Shown: positions 1 through 9,733, counted from the first letter of the stretch. The stretch is 64,000 nt of DNA from an uncultured Gammaproteobacteria bacterium (GCA_963976285.1 CAXBJY010000005.1:75242-139241), one strand, 5' to 3'. Numbers and translations are program-made. Notes: a model not told the origin generated them from the letters alone.

Positions 1-2
1 TC

Positions 3-272
3 GGCGAAGCGGTACGTCGCAGTAAACGTGTCGCGCGTGATTGGCCCGGCCGACGCGTAACGCCAGGCGCGTGCATTGCGGATCGTGAAATGCGTGCCAT
101 CGCTCGCGATGCTGACGTCGGCGAGGACGGCGACATCTTCGTCCCAGTCACGGTCGAGTCGCGGGGTGCGGAACTGGCTTGCCGCGATGAGCGCGAGCGC
201 GAGTGCTGCCACCGCGAGCAGCCCGCGGACGAGGAACCGGCGGCCGTGACGCGGCGGGGGCGATGCGGACAT
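3..272 (-). CDS. DUF4105/Lnb-N-like protein, N-terminal part (runs off window edge)
   Basis: Manual translation MSASPPP...LLAVAALALALIAA...PRLDRDWDEDV...FTIRNARAWRY; ATG abuts the upstream gene's stop at 273-275; not in ORF track. Confidence 0.65.
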   Translation of the reverse strand, partial: MSASPPPRHGRRFLVRGLLAVAALALALIAASQFRTPRLDRDWDEDVAVLADVSIASDGTHFTIRNARAWRYASAGPITRDTFTATYRFA

Positions 273-1478
273 TCAATCGTCGCAGTCGAGTGCCGCGGCG
301 ATGGCGTCGTCGTCGAGGCCCGCCTCCCGCAATACCTCGCTGCCGTGCTCACCGAGCACCGGCTGGTGCCGGCGCACGGGCAAACGCTCACGGTTGAGGC
401 GCAGGCCCGAATCGAGCAGGTCGAGCGCGCCTTCGCTCGGGTGATCGTAGGCGCGAAACATGCCGACCGCCTGCAGATGCGGGTCGGATCTCAGATCGTC
501 GAACAGGTTGATCGGTCCGCACGGGATTTCCGCCTCGCGTAACGCGCCGAGCCATTCTTCCGTCGAGCGCGCGAGCAGTGCCGCGCCGGTGCTCGCATAC
601 AGCGTGTCGATGTTGCGCGTGCGCTCGGCGAGCGTGCGGTAACGCGGATCGTCCTTCATTTCAGGGGTCCCGGCCAGGTCCCAGAACGCTCGCCAGTGCT
701 GATCGGTATACGGGAGCATGCACAGATAGCCGTCGCGCGTGGCATACGGTTTGCGCTCGGCGGAAATCAGCCGGGTATAACCCGTTGCACCTTCCGGCGG
801 GTCGAAGATCGCGCCAAACTGATGTTCGAGCAGGGTATAGGCGACCATGCTCTCGAACATGCCGATTTCCATGTAAACACCCGTGCCCGTGCGCAGGCGT
901 TGAAACAATGCCGCCATGAGCCCGTTCGCCGCGATGAGGCCGGCACTCTTGTCCGCGATGACGCTCGGCGCAAACGCGGGTTTGCCATCGCGCGCGAGAA
1001 ACGCGGCGGCGATTCCGCTCTCGCCCTGGATGATGTCGTCGTAGGCCGGGCGGCCGGCGTAGGGACCGCTTTCGAGATAGCCGTGGAACGCGCCGTAGAC
1101 GATGTCGGACTTGCGCGCCATGACGTCGTCGGCGGTGAAACCGAGGGCGGCGATTTTTTGCGGGCGGATGTTGTGTACGAAGACATCCGCGCTGTCGATC
1201 AAGCGCCACAGCGCCGCGCGGGCCGGCGCGCGTTTCAGATCGAGGCATACGCTGCGTTTGTTGCGGTTACAGCCGAGAAAACCCGCGGCCATGCCGGGAT
1301 GGCGCGACGGGCCGATACCGCGCGTCGGATCGCCGCCCGGCGCTTCGATTTTGATCACATCGGCGCCGTAATCGCCGAGTATCTGCGTGGCATACGGTCC
1401 GAACAGTACGCTCGTCAGATCGATGACCCGGATCCCGGCCAGCGGCGATATGAGTGAGTTCGGCGTCGCGCCCGGCAT
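273..1478 (-). CDS. CaiB/BaiF family (class III) CoA-transferase
   Basis: PLAGIRVIDLT..FGPYATQILGDYGADVIKIE, NRNKRS, PAYDDIIQGESG; start moved to ATG at 1478. Confidence 0.92.
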   Translation of the reverse strand: MPGATPNSLISPLAGIRVIDLTSVLFGPYATQILGDYGADVIKIEAPGGDPTRGIGPSRHPGMAAGFLGCNRNKRSVCLDLKRAPARAALWRLIDSADVFVHNIRPQKIAALGFTADDVMARKSDIVYGAFHGYLESGPYAGRPAYDDIIQGESGIAAAFLARDGKPAFAPSVIADKSAGLIAANGLMAALFQRLRTGTGVYMEIGMFESMVAYTLLEHQFGAIFDPPEGATGYTRLISAERKPYATRDGYLCMLPYTDQHWRAFWDLAGTPEMKDDPRYRTLAERTRNIDTLYASTGAALLARSTEEWLGALREAEIPCGPINLFDDLRSDPHLQAVGMFRAYDHPSEGALDLLDSGLRLNRERLPVRRHQPVLGEHGSEVLREAGLDDDAIAAALDCDD

Positions 1479-1480
1479 GA

Positions 1481-2281
1481 CTATTTTCTGAACGCGGCGA
1501 GGCGCGCTTCCGTCTCGGCGGTGTCGAACGGATAGTCGGTGTCGGCTTCGTAAGCGAGACCGTCGGCGAGACCCGTGTCTTCGGCGCGGCGGTATAAATC
1601 CTTGTACGCGGCGAACGCGGCCGCGCTGTTCGGCCGCATCTCCGCGATCAGGGCATCGATGGCGGTGTCGAGCTCGTCGTCGGCGGCGAGCGTGTTCGCG
1701 AGTCCGAGCGCGACGGCATCCGCACCCGTCAGCGTGCGTGCCGTATAGGACAGTTCGCGCGCTTTCGTGATGCCGATCCGGGCCGGGAGCCGCTGGCTCA
1801 TGCCCCACGTCGGACGCAGCGCCCATTTCGCGTGGGTATCACCGAGGCGCGCACTTTCCGCGACGACGATCAGATCGCAGGCCAGCGCGAGTTCGAGCGC
1901 GCCGGTAAAACAGAAGCCGTTGATCCGGGCGATCACCGGTTGCGCGATGGTCGTGATTTTTTGCGTCACGGCGCGTGCCGGGACGTCGAGTATGTCGCCG
2001 ACTTTCCCGCGCTCGAGCTTGCGCTCGCCGAGTGCTTTCAGATCGACGCCGGCGCTGAACGCACGCCCGGCGCCGGTGAGGACGATAAAACGGATGCTGT
2101 GGTCAGCACCGAGCGCGGTAAACGCGGTGTCGAGTTCCGCGAGCATGGTCGGTGTGATCGCATTCAAGGCATCGGGTCGGTTCAGGGTCACGGTCGCGAC
2201 ATCATCGGAGCGGGACACGAGAATTTCTGAGTATTGATCGGGCACGCCGGGGTTTCCTCGTCCGCCGTTTGCGGAATTCAT
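1481..2281 (-). CDS. Enoyl-CoA hydratase/isomerase family protein
   Basis: VTLNRPDALNA, AFSAGVDL, GALELALACD. Confidence 0.9.
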   Translation of the reverse strand: MNSANGGRGNPGVPDQYSEILVSRSDDVATVTLNRPDALNAITPTMLAELDTAFTALGADHSIRFIVLTGAGRAFSAGVDLKALGERKLERGKVGDILDVPARAVTQKITTIAQPVIARINGFCFTGALELALACDLIVVAESARLGDTHAKWALRPTWGMSQRLPARIGITKARELSYTARTLTGADAVALGLANTLAADDELDTAIDALIAEMRPNSAAAFAAYKDLYRRAEDTGLADGLAYEADTDYPFDTAETEARLAAFRK

Positions 2282-2375
2282 GGTGACAATTAGCGGATGC
2301 GGGTAATTCCGCGACCGGGGGTGATACTATCGTCCCGCCGCGTCGGCAGCCAGTCCGATGCCCCGCAGACGGAGA

Positions 2376-3272
2376 ATGCCAGCCTTGACGCATCAGGTGC
2401 CGCAGAAACTACGCAACAGCAACCGGATCGGCCGTTACGAAGTCGTGGCGAAAGCCGGCGAGGGGACTTCGGGGATCGTCTACCGCGCGTTCGACCCGGC
2501 GCTCGACCGTGAAGTTGCGATCAAGCTCGCACGGCTCGAGTCGCTCGACGATGATGCTGTCCGGCATGTGGCCGCCGAATTCCGGCACGAAGCGAAGATT
2601 GCCGGCAAATTCGCGCATGAGAATATCGTCACGATTTACGATGTTGTGAACAAAGGGCGCGTGATCTACCTCGTCATGGAGTTCGTTCCCGGACGCTCGC
2701 TCGATGATTACATGAAGGCCACGGGCCGCCTCGATCTCGCCGAAGCGCTCATGATTACGTTCAGGTCGTGTGTCGGACTCGCCTACATTCATTACCACGG
2801 GGTTATCCATCGTGACATCAAGCCGGGCAATATCATGTATCACCCGGCGCACCGTACGGTGAAACTGATGGATTTCAGCGTCGCGCACAGCATCGAGCAG
2901 CCGCCGCCGCGGGATACCGGCACGATTGCGTACATGGCGCCCGAGCATTTCGATCCCGCGCGACGAATTTCGCAGCTCACGGATATTTTCGCGCTCGGGT
3001 CGACCCTGTATCGCTTGTTGTCGGGGCAGTATCCGTTCAGCCGTGAACATACGGCGTTCCAGATCCTGCATCAGTAGCCCGCACCTATCCGGGCACTGCG
3101 CCCCGATATACCCGCGCCGGTGGCGACACTGATCGAGCGTGCGATGGCAAAATCGGATGCGGAACGGTTTCAGTCCGCGGCGCAGTTCGCGCGCGAAGTC
3201 GAGCAGGTCTGCCGCGCCGTCCTGCCGGACCCCGATGTGATCGATACGACGGCGCGCTATCTCGCGGGCTGA
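2376..3272 (+). pseudogene. Hanks-type Ser/Thr protein kinase interrupted by in-frame TAG at 3075-3077
   Basis: VAIK, HRDIKPGN, DFS, GTIAYMAPE, DIFALG; after the TAG the frame continues PAPIRALRPDIPAPVATLIERAMAKSDAERFQSA to TGA at 3270-3272. Confidence 0.85.
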
Positions 3273-3293
3273 CCGGCGCGCGGCGTCGTTCGC

Positions 3294-3728
3294 TCAGGCA
3301 AGCGCCGCGGCGACGTTATCGAGCGACACGGCATACAGTCCTTCGAACGCAGCGCACAGCTCGTCGGCGGAGAGGTCGCCGTTCGGGGTCCAGGTGCTCG
3401 TCCACGTGACGCTGCACGTGCCGTCCCCGAGATCCTCGACTTTCATCGTCGCGATATAGTCCGTGATCGGGATCGGGCTGTCGCCAACCACGCGGTAGCG
3501 GAACTCCATCGCGTCCGCATCAAACGCATCGAGGCGTTCGGTGATACGACCCGGAAAACCGGTTGCCGGATCCAGATCAGCGCTGCGCGTCGAACCGGGA
3601 CCGTCGCCCGTCACCGTGACGGGGCCGACCCCCGGGATCCATTTGTGCGTCGCGCCCCATGCCGACACATACGCCCACACCTGCGAGGCCGGCGCGGCGA
3701 TGATTTTCGTAACGGATACGTTTGCCAT
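3294..3728 (-). CDS. SRPBCC/polyketide cyclase family protein
   Basis: IAAPASQVW...W.P, ITERL, typical size. Confidence 0.85.
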   Translation of the reverse strand: MANVSVTKIIAAPASQVWAYVSAWGATHKWIPGVGPVTVTGDGPGSTRSADLDPATGFPGRITERLDAFDADAMEFRYRVVGDSPIPITDYIATMKVEDLGDGTCSVTWTSTWTPNGDLSADELCAAFEGLYAVSLDNVAAALA

Positions 3729-3757
3729 AGGTGTGTTACTCCCTGGAACTTGACGCT

Positions 3758-4534
3758 TCAGCGACCTTTGAACACGGGGTCGCGCTTCTCGACGAACGCC
3801 TGGATCGCTTCCCGGGAATCTTCCGTCTTGCCGAGTTCACCGGTCATCGTCTGTTCGAAGCGATAACCGTCGCGCAGGCTCATTTCCTCGATTTGGTTCA
3901 GCGCGTGTTTCGCGAGTTTCGTCGCGATCGGGCTCTTGCCGGCGATTTCGCGCGCGATCCCGAGCGCCGCTTCCATCAACTCATCGGGCGCGGTGCACGC
4001 CTCGACGATGCCGAGGCGATACAGTTCCGGCCCGAACACGCGCAGGCCGGTGAGCATCATGCGACGCTGGCGCGAGTGACCGAACAGCCGCTGCGCGTGA
4101 CGACCGCCACCGAGCAGGCCGACGTTGATTTCCGGCAGGCCGAGGCACCCGTTTTCGCTCGCAATGAGGATATCGCACGACGCCGCGAGCGCGAGCCCAC
4201 CGCCGAGCGCGGGCCCGTTGATCGCAGCAATGACGGGTTTCTGGCATTCCATGATGCTGTGATAGGCCTCGCGCGCGCGGCGCGAATTCTGCCAGTGGTC
4301 GCCGGGCCCGCGTTTCGCGCCCGCGCGTTCCTTGATGTCGGCACCGGCGCAGAAACACTTGCCGTCGCCCGTGAGTACGGCGACGCGGATGTCGTCGCGA
4401 TCGCTGATCGTATCGAACGTCCACGCGACTTCTTCGAGTAGTTGTTGCGAGTGCGCATTCACCGGCGGATTGGCGAAGCGGACGAGCGCGATGTGATCCT
4501 CGACGAGATCAAGTTTAACGACTTCGGGTTTCAC
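3758..4534 (-). CDS. Enoyl-CoA hydratase family protein
   Basis: FCAGADIKE, KPVIAAINGPALGGG, GLPEINVG, AFVEKRDPVFKG. Confidence 0.92.
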   Translation of the reverse strand: MKPEVVKLDLVEDHIALVRFANPPVNAHSQQLLEEVAWTFDTISDRDDIRVAVLTGDGKCFCAGADIKERAGAKRGPGDHWQNSRRAREAYHSIMECQKPVIAAINGPALGGGLALAASCDILIASENGCLGLPEINVGLLGGGRHAQRLFGHSRQRRMMLTGLRVFGPELYRLGIVEACTAPDELMEAALGIAREIAGKSPIATKLAKHALNQIEEMSLRDGYRFEQTMTGELGKTEDSREAIQAFVEKRDPVFKGR

Positions 4535-4635
4535 GCTGTGGGGATCCTCCGGGTGCTGATGTGCAATTCAGTTCGCGGGACCACGGAGTTTAACGTGCAT
4601 TGCCCCACCGGGACACGCACGGACCGGCAGGCTGC

Positions 4636-4902
4636 TTAGCGCAACTGGCTGTCCTTGCTGCCGCGCCGATTGATCGAACCTGAATGGTCCGTACCCGCAT
4701 CGGCGAGTTCCTGGCAGGGTACACAGCGACGAACGCCCGGCACGGCGGCCCGCCGCGCGGGCGGAATCACGGCACCGCAGTCTTCACATTCCGCGCGACT
4801 GATACCGTCACCGAGTGCTTCGCGTGCACGCTTGACGGCGTCCTCGACGCTCGCGTCGATCTGATCCTGTACCGCACCGTCCCGTGACCATCCGCCAGCC
4901 AT
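4636..4902 (-). CDS. ybiI: DksA/TraR C4-type zinc finger protein (YbiI-like)
   Basis: MAGGW..DGAVQDQI, CEDC...CVPC, C-terminal NRRGSKDSQLR. Confidence 0.88.
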   Translation of the reverse strand: MAGGWSRDGAVQDQIDASVEDAVKRAREALGDGISRAECEDCGAVIPPARRAAVPGVRRCVPCQELADAGTDHSGSINRRGSKDSQLR

Positions 4903-5008
4903 ATTGAACTCCCTGCTGCACGTCGCTTACCGATATTCGCGCTCGCGGGGCACCGCGTCAATGTCGACTCGCCGGCCGTCGCAGCGCTTGCCGCCACGGT
5001 CACCCGCT

Positions 5009-5515
5009 TCAGTGCGGCGTGCCGCGCGGCACGATGGCCCAATAGCGAACGTTGCGCTTCACTGCCGGATCGAGGTCATATTTTTCCGCATAAGCGCCGC
5101 GGATCGCCTCGAGCGTGTCTTCGTCGGCGACGTCAGCCACGCTGACCGGGTAGACGTTCGGGCCGATTTTCAGGCGCACGTCGCGGTCCTGTTCAACCCA
5201 GCCGGGCCAGTGTTTCGTGTCCGGATCCCGTGCGCCGATATACAACTGACCGTGAATCTGCGCACACCAGATCGTCACGGAGTGCGGCAGGAAATAGGGC
5301 GTCGCGACTTCGACGAAAATTTCCTTGTGTGCATCGGTGAACGACCAGTCGCGCGGCGGCGGGTCGACGACGTCTCCGCGCAACCACAGACCCGGCGTGC
5401 GATCGCTCGGCTCACAGCCACCGAGCAGCAGCGCGACGCCGAGGACCGCGGCAATTACGCACGCAGTAGCGCGCTTCGCGGATGACTTGGAATGGAGATT
5501 TGGCCTCAGGGTCAT
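5009..5515 (-). CDS. Putative lipoprotein, DUF2255/PNPOx-like fold
   Basis: Lipobox LLGGC; PHSVTIWC...LYIG, VRLKIG..VY. Confidence 0.6.
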   Translation of the reverse strand: MTLRPNLHSKSSAKRATACVIAAVLGVALLLGGCEPSDRTPGLWLRGDVVDPPPRDWSFTDAHKEIFVEVATPYFLPHSVTIWCAQIHGQLYIGARDPDTKHWPGWVEQDRDVRLKIGPNVYPVSVADVADEDTLEAIRGAYAEKYDLDPAVKRNVRYWAIVPRGTPH

Positions 5516-5615
5516 GCTGCCGTTCTCGCGGATATTGCCGACCCCGAGCATAGATCGTTTGTGGCAGCCGCGCAGCCCGCGCGCGGTGGACCGGGCCGAG
5601 GCGCAACGCAGACCG

Positions 5616-6548
5616 TTAGCTCGCGCGCCGGCGCAAGCCCGCGAGCGCGATGCCGGCCGAGCCGAACAACCACACCGCGCCGGGGATTGGCACGGGGTCG
5701 ATGAGCGCCGAAGCGCGGTACTCGGTGACGATTTCGAGCGAGAAATAACCGTCCTCGGCTATATCGGGATGGAACAGCGACAGCGTGCCGCTGTTCAGCG
5801 GGCCGCCGATCCCGGGATCCGCCTCGGTGAAGATCGAGGTCTGGCCGGGAGTTGAATTGCCGAGGCTCGGCGGCTCGTCACCGCAGACAGCGCAGCGCGT
5901 GAGCACGGCTTCGTCGAGCACGTCCTCGTTGTCGTCGAGCAGGCGTACGGACAGGTTGATGAAGCTGCTCGTATACCCGGGGTCGTTGTTCGCGAGCGTC
6001 ATGGTCCACAGCACATCGAAAGCGAAGCGCAGATCGATCGTCGGCTCATCACCGTAGTAATAGCCGTACAGGTAAGTAACGTCCGTGCCCGAATACGTCG
6101 TCGGCAGCATGCTCGCGCTGGCGGGACCGGTCGCCATCGCCGTCATCGAGCCATCGATCACGATGGGTGGGGCGCCGGCGCCGTAAACCGGCGGGTTCGC
6201 GAACGGATCGTCCGGGTCGTACGCGGGGTTCAGCAGAGTCGCGATGGCGTCGTAGTTGTCGCCGTCATCAATCCGGATACCGCCGATGGTTTGCGTGATG
6301 TCGTTGCTCGTCGTGCCCATCCGGGGTGCGTCGAAGACCATTTCCTGGAAGCCTTCGGGGATTTCGAACTCGACGTTCAATGATTCGTCACCGCTGCCCG
6401 GCGCACCGCTGCTGTCGGCGCCGAGAAAGCCGAGCGTAAACGTGAAATCGAGGTCGGCCGTGTTCGCGGCAAGCGTGCCTTCGGCGCTGAACAGGCCGCA
6501 CACGGTGAGCAGGATGGCTAGACGATTCGCGCGTGATGGGCGGTTCAT
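5616..6548 (-). CDS. Secreted acidic protein with VPLPA/PEP-CTERM-type sorting signal
   Basis: N-terminal signal peptide; C-terminus PVPIPGAVWLFGSAGIALAGLRRRAS. Confidence 0.85.
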   Translation of the reverse strand: MNRPSRANRLAILLTVCGLFSAEGTLAANTADLDFTFTLGFLGADSSGAPGSGDESLNVEFEIPEGFQEMVFDAPRMGTTSNDITQTIGGIRIDDGDNYDAIATLLNPAYDPDDPFANPPVYGAGAPPIVIDGSMTAMATGPASASMLPTTYSGTDVTYLYGYYYGDEPTIDLRFAFDVLWTMTLANNDPGYTSSFINLSVRLLDDNEDVLDEAVLTRCAVCGDEPPSLGNSTPGQTSIFTEADPGIGGPLNSGTLSLFHPDIAEDGYFSLEIVTEYRASALIDPVPIPGAVWLFGSAGIALAGLRRRAS

Positions 6549-6589
6549 GACGACAATCCTTCCGCTATCGATTCGATCGCCGATAATAC

Positions 6590-6605
6590 TGCAAGATTAA
6601 CGCCA
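6590..6605 (-). promoter_or_regulatory. Sigma54 -24/-12 promoter of the CTERM gene
   Basis: Minus strand TGGCGTTAATCTTGCA = GG-N10-GC, about 40 nt before ATG. Confidence 0.75.
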
Positions 6606-6669
6606 TAAACGGAAATCGCCTGAATTCCCGGGGCCTGGCCGCCGCGTCGTCGCTATCACCCGGTGCCAC

Positions 6670-6798
6670 TGTCAACAAATTTTACGGTCCACGGTAAAGG
6701 ATCCACGCGCGGCATCGGGGCAACCCGCCTGCAGGTACGGTAACTCACTGACTCGCTGCTTGTTTTTGCGCTCGCCCGAATTGTCAAAAACTTTTACA
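6670..6798. promoter_or_regulatory. Two TGT-N11-AC(A/G) enhancer-like boxes (PEP-CTERM box/PrsR-type)
   Basis: TGTCAACAAATTTTACG (6670-6686) and TGTCAAAAACTTTTACA (6782-6798), upstream of the sigma54 site. Confidence 0.6.
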
Positions 6799-6829
6799 CG
6801 CGGGGTCGTCGAAACCACCCGACCATTTA

Positions 6830-6843
6830 TTGATACGCATCAT
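6830..6843 (+). promoter_or_regulatory. FNR/Anr box upstream of the usp gene
   Basis: TTGAT-ACGC-ATCAT (1 mismatch to TTGAT-N4-ATCAA); TAACCT at 6865-6870 gives class II spacing. Confidence 0.65.
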
Positions 6844-6900
6844 CGCGGTGCGCGCCGTGCTTGCTAACCTGCGCTGAAACTACCGCACGGGAGATCGGTC

Positions 6901-7728
6901 ATGGCACTGCAGATAGGAAAAATACTTGCGATCGTCGATCCGACGACGGACAAACAACTCGCGCTTTCGCGCGCGCTCGGCATCGCGGAACAACTCGATG
7001 CCGCCGTGCATGCCTACATCTGCTGTTATTCGCCGCTTGAAACGAGTCATTTTCTCGCGCTGAAACGCGCGGAAATCGCCCGCCACGAGGCGTGGCTGGA
7101 TCGCCTGCTCGAAAGCGAAAATCTCGGCGGGGTCGAGGTCACGACGCAGGTCGAATGGCGCGAGGACTGGCGTGAAGGGCTGGCCGAAGCAGCGGCGCAG
7201 GAAGAGTGCGACCTGATCGTGAAAACCGCGTTCGAACATGCGGAACCGGGGCGCCTGCTGCTGAAAACATCCGACTGGAGCGTGCTGCGCAGCGCGCAGA
7301 GCCCGGTACTGCTCGTGAAGCGCGAGTCGCTCGTCGCGGTCAAGCGCGTGCTCATCGCGATTAACCCGAAAGTTGAAGACGACAAGCATCGGCGCCTGAA
7401 CGAGAGCATGATCGCGTTTGCGAAGTTGCTGCGCGAGCAGGATGATGCGATCGAATTACATGCCGTGTCGGCCTACACCGGCGCGGAGCCGTTCACGCAT
7501 CCGCCGGAACTCGCCGCGCTGATCGGGATTGATGAAAGCCAGGCGCATTGTACGCAGGGTTCGCCGGGCGACGTCATCGTCGACTGCGCGAAGCTGCTGC
7601 AGTCCGAACTCGTCGTCATGGGGACGGTGTCGCGTTCCGGGCTGTCCGGGCTCGCAAAACCGAATACGGCGGAGCAGGCGCTCGACCGTCTCTCGGCCGA
7701 CGTGCTCGTGTTCACGTCGCCCGACTGA
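6901..7728 (+). CDS. uspE: Universal stress protein, tandem-domain UspE-like
   Basis: KILAIVDPT, SDWSVLR..SPVLLVK, VMGTVSRSGLSG...NTAEQ. Confidence 0.85.
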   Translation: MALQIGKILAIVDPTTDKQLALSRALGIAEQLDAAVHAYICCYSPLETSHFLALKRAEIARHEAWLDRLLESENLGGVEVTTQVEWREDWREGLAEAAAQEECDLIVKTAFEHAEPGRLLLKTSDWSVLRSAQSPVLLVKRESLVAVKRVLIAINPKVEDDKHRRLNESMIAFAKLLREQDDAIELHAVSAYTGAEPFTHPPELAALIGIDESQAHCTQGSPGDVIVDCAKLLQSELVVMGTVSRSGLSGLAKPNTAEQALDRLSADVLVFTSPD

Positions 7729-7747
7729 GCGCCACCCCGACGGCGGT

Positions 7748-8626
7748 CTAGCCTGCTGCGCTGCGCGCCGCGAGTTTGCGCGCGCGCACCGCGGCCTGCT
7801 CGGCGCGACGCGCATCGCCCGCGGCGCGCAGCGCGTCGATGTTGTCCGGCCCCACGCGCAGGAAATTCGCCTTCCAGTCATCCCGGGCATCCCACACGAG
7901 CGGCGTTTGCACGGTTTCGCCCGGAGTATCGGCATTGCGCAGGCGCCCGAGCGCCGTGTCCATGATGATCCGTTTGCTGTCATCGTCATACGGGCGGCCG
8001 CACGGGTTGCCGAGCGGGTAGTCCGTAAAGACGAAACGCGGAACACCGCAATACTCCACGATGTCTTTCGCCGAGCCGGTGATGACGGTGGCGATGCCGT
8101 GTGCTTCGAGTTGTCGCGCGACCAGACTCACGGTCTGGTGACAAACGGGTCACAACGGCACGAGCAGGGCGACGTCAACCGCATCCTCGACGCAGCCCGC
8201 GACGATCGCGGGGGCATCGCGCTCGATCGTGTGGCGTTGACTGTATTGCGTTGGCACGCAGTAGAAACGCGGGGCAAGGCGCCCGAGTTCGCCGGCCGCG
8301 ACGCGCCGCTCGAGTTCGCGCACGGGGAAGTAGCTGTCGCGGTCTTCGGTATGCGTGGCATCGCGATCCCACGACAGATCGCCGGTAAAAAATTTCTCCG
8401 GCGGGTTGCCGAGATCGCCGATGTGCAGGCGGCGATGTTCCTTGCGGTAGCTCTCATCGGGCATCGACGTGGTCACGATCGTCACCGTGCAGTCGCTGAG
8501 TTCGCGTCGCGGACGGGCGAACGGAATGTCATCGAAATGCGACCATTTGTACGGCTTGTCATAGCCCTGCGCGGCGTAATAAGCGCGTGTGCGTTCCATG
8601 TAAGCGACGCTCGTATCGTCTTTCAT
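7748..8626 (-). CDS. Selenoprotein, glycine/sarcosine/betaine/proline reductase subunit B (GrdB/PrdB)-like; Sec at codon 159 (UGA 8150-8152)
   Basis: Two ORF-track ORFs are in frame; reads VDVALLVPL-U-PVCHQTVSLVARQLEAHGIATV, then DYPLGNPCGRP; hairpin follows the UGA. Confidence 0.85.
8121..8139 (-). promoter_or_regulatory. Bacterial SECIS-like hairpin
   Basis: mRNA ACCAGAC-CGUGA-GUCUGGU, 7-bp stem beginning at the 11th nt after UGA. Confidence 0.75.
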
Positions 8627-8679
8627 ACCTTTGTCCTGGATTGACTGGATTCGTTTCGTGGCGGCGGGCCGCCGCCGGT

Positions 8680-8988
8680 TCATCGTTTCAGCAACTCGCG
8701 TTCCGCGGAAATTTCGCTCGCGACGACTACGGCGCGCTCGATTTTTGCGCTCGCGAGGAGACGGTCGAATTCTTCATCCGCTTGTTGCAGGTGGGCATTC
8801 AGGGATGCTTCGTCCGTCCATTTTTCGATCAGCCGGATTTCCGACGGCTCCGCGAGGTTGCGCGTGAATACGTAATCGAGGTTTCCTTCGTCCCGGCGAC
8901 TGCGTTCCGCACGGCGCTTCAGCGCCGGCACAAGCCGCTCGGCTTCGTCGGCGGATTCGAGCGTGATCGTACCGAGGATGATCAGCAT
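8680..8988 (-). CDS. Antibiotic biosynthesis monooxygenase (ABM)/quinol monooxygenase-like protein
   Basis: SRRDEGNLDY.F...IRLIEKWTDEASLNAH; GGAG RBS before ATG at 8988. Confidence 0.8.
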   Translation of the reverse strand: MLIILGTITLESADEAERLVPALKRRAERSRRDEGNLDYVFTRNLAEPSEIRLIEKWTDEASLNAHLQQADEEFDRLLASAKIERAVVVASEISAERELLKR

Positions 8989-9001
8989 GTGGCGGTCTCC
9001 G

Positions 9002-9733
9002 TCACGTGAGGTGAGCTGCGAGCGCGGCGCCGACGATATCGGGATCGGAGCGACGCGTGTAGTTGTCCGACTGGTCCATCCACACGACTTTGCCATCCGC
9101 ATCGACGAGCAGCGATGTTGGCACCGGCAGTCCCGCGCGGCCCGGGATTTTGAAGTTGTTGAAATTCTGGTTGCGGTAGCCAAAACGATCGATCAGTTCG
9201 AGTTCGGGATCCGCGAGCATCGTTGCCTCGAGCCCGTGCATGCCGCGACCCAATGTGATCTCTTTCGGCGTGTCCGTGGATACGGTCACGATGCGGACCC
9301 CCGCCGCATCGAGCGTCGGCCGCAATTCTTCCCATCGCCGTAACTCGGCGACACAGTAGGGTCACCAGTGGCCACGAAAGAATTTGATCAGGACCGGATT
9401 CCCGGCAAGCTCGCTGCTGTCAAACGTATTGCCTGCCGCGTCGAGCGCGGTGAACGCCGGGATCGCATCACCGACCCGGATCCTGTCGGCGCCGGCGCGC
9501 TGGGCGCCGGTCATGACGAAATACAGGAACAGGAAGCCGAGACCCGCGGCCCAGGCCGCGGCGGCGCCGCCGGCGAAACTCAGCGATAACAGGCCGAGCC
9601 CGCCGCCGATACCCCAGGCCACTGCGAACGGCCCCGGATTTTGCGGGATAGCGACGCGAAACGCGCGCCGGAACCACACAATCGTGGTTACGAGAACGAT
9701 GGCCAGTGCAATCAGCCCGGGGCTTGCCATCAT
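9002..9733 (-). CDS. Membrane-anchored AhpC/TSA (peroxiredoxin-like) selenoprotein; Sec at codon 124 (UGA 9362-9364)
   Basis: Hydrophobic N-terminus, VGDAIPAFTA, VLIKFFRGHW-U-PYCVAEL, VTVSTD, LADP, PVPTSLLVDADGKV; same frame across the UGA. Confidence 0.88.
9335..9351 (-). promoter_or_regulatory. Bacterial SECIS-like hairpin
   Basis: mRNA UCGCCG-AGUUA-CGGCGA, 17 nt, beginning at the 11th nt after UGA. Confidence 0.75.

Noticed and set aside
3075-3077. Pyrrolysine insertion in the kinase
   Set aside because: Non-catalytic position, no pyl genes or methylamine methyltransferases in the window; a point change is simpler
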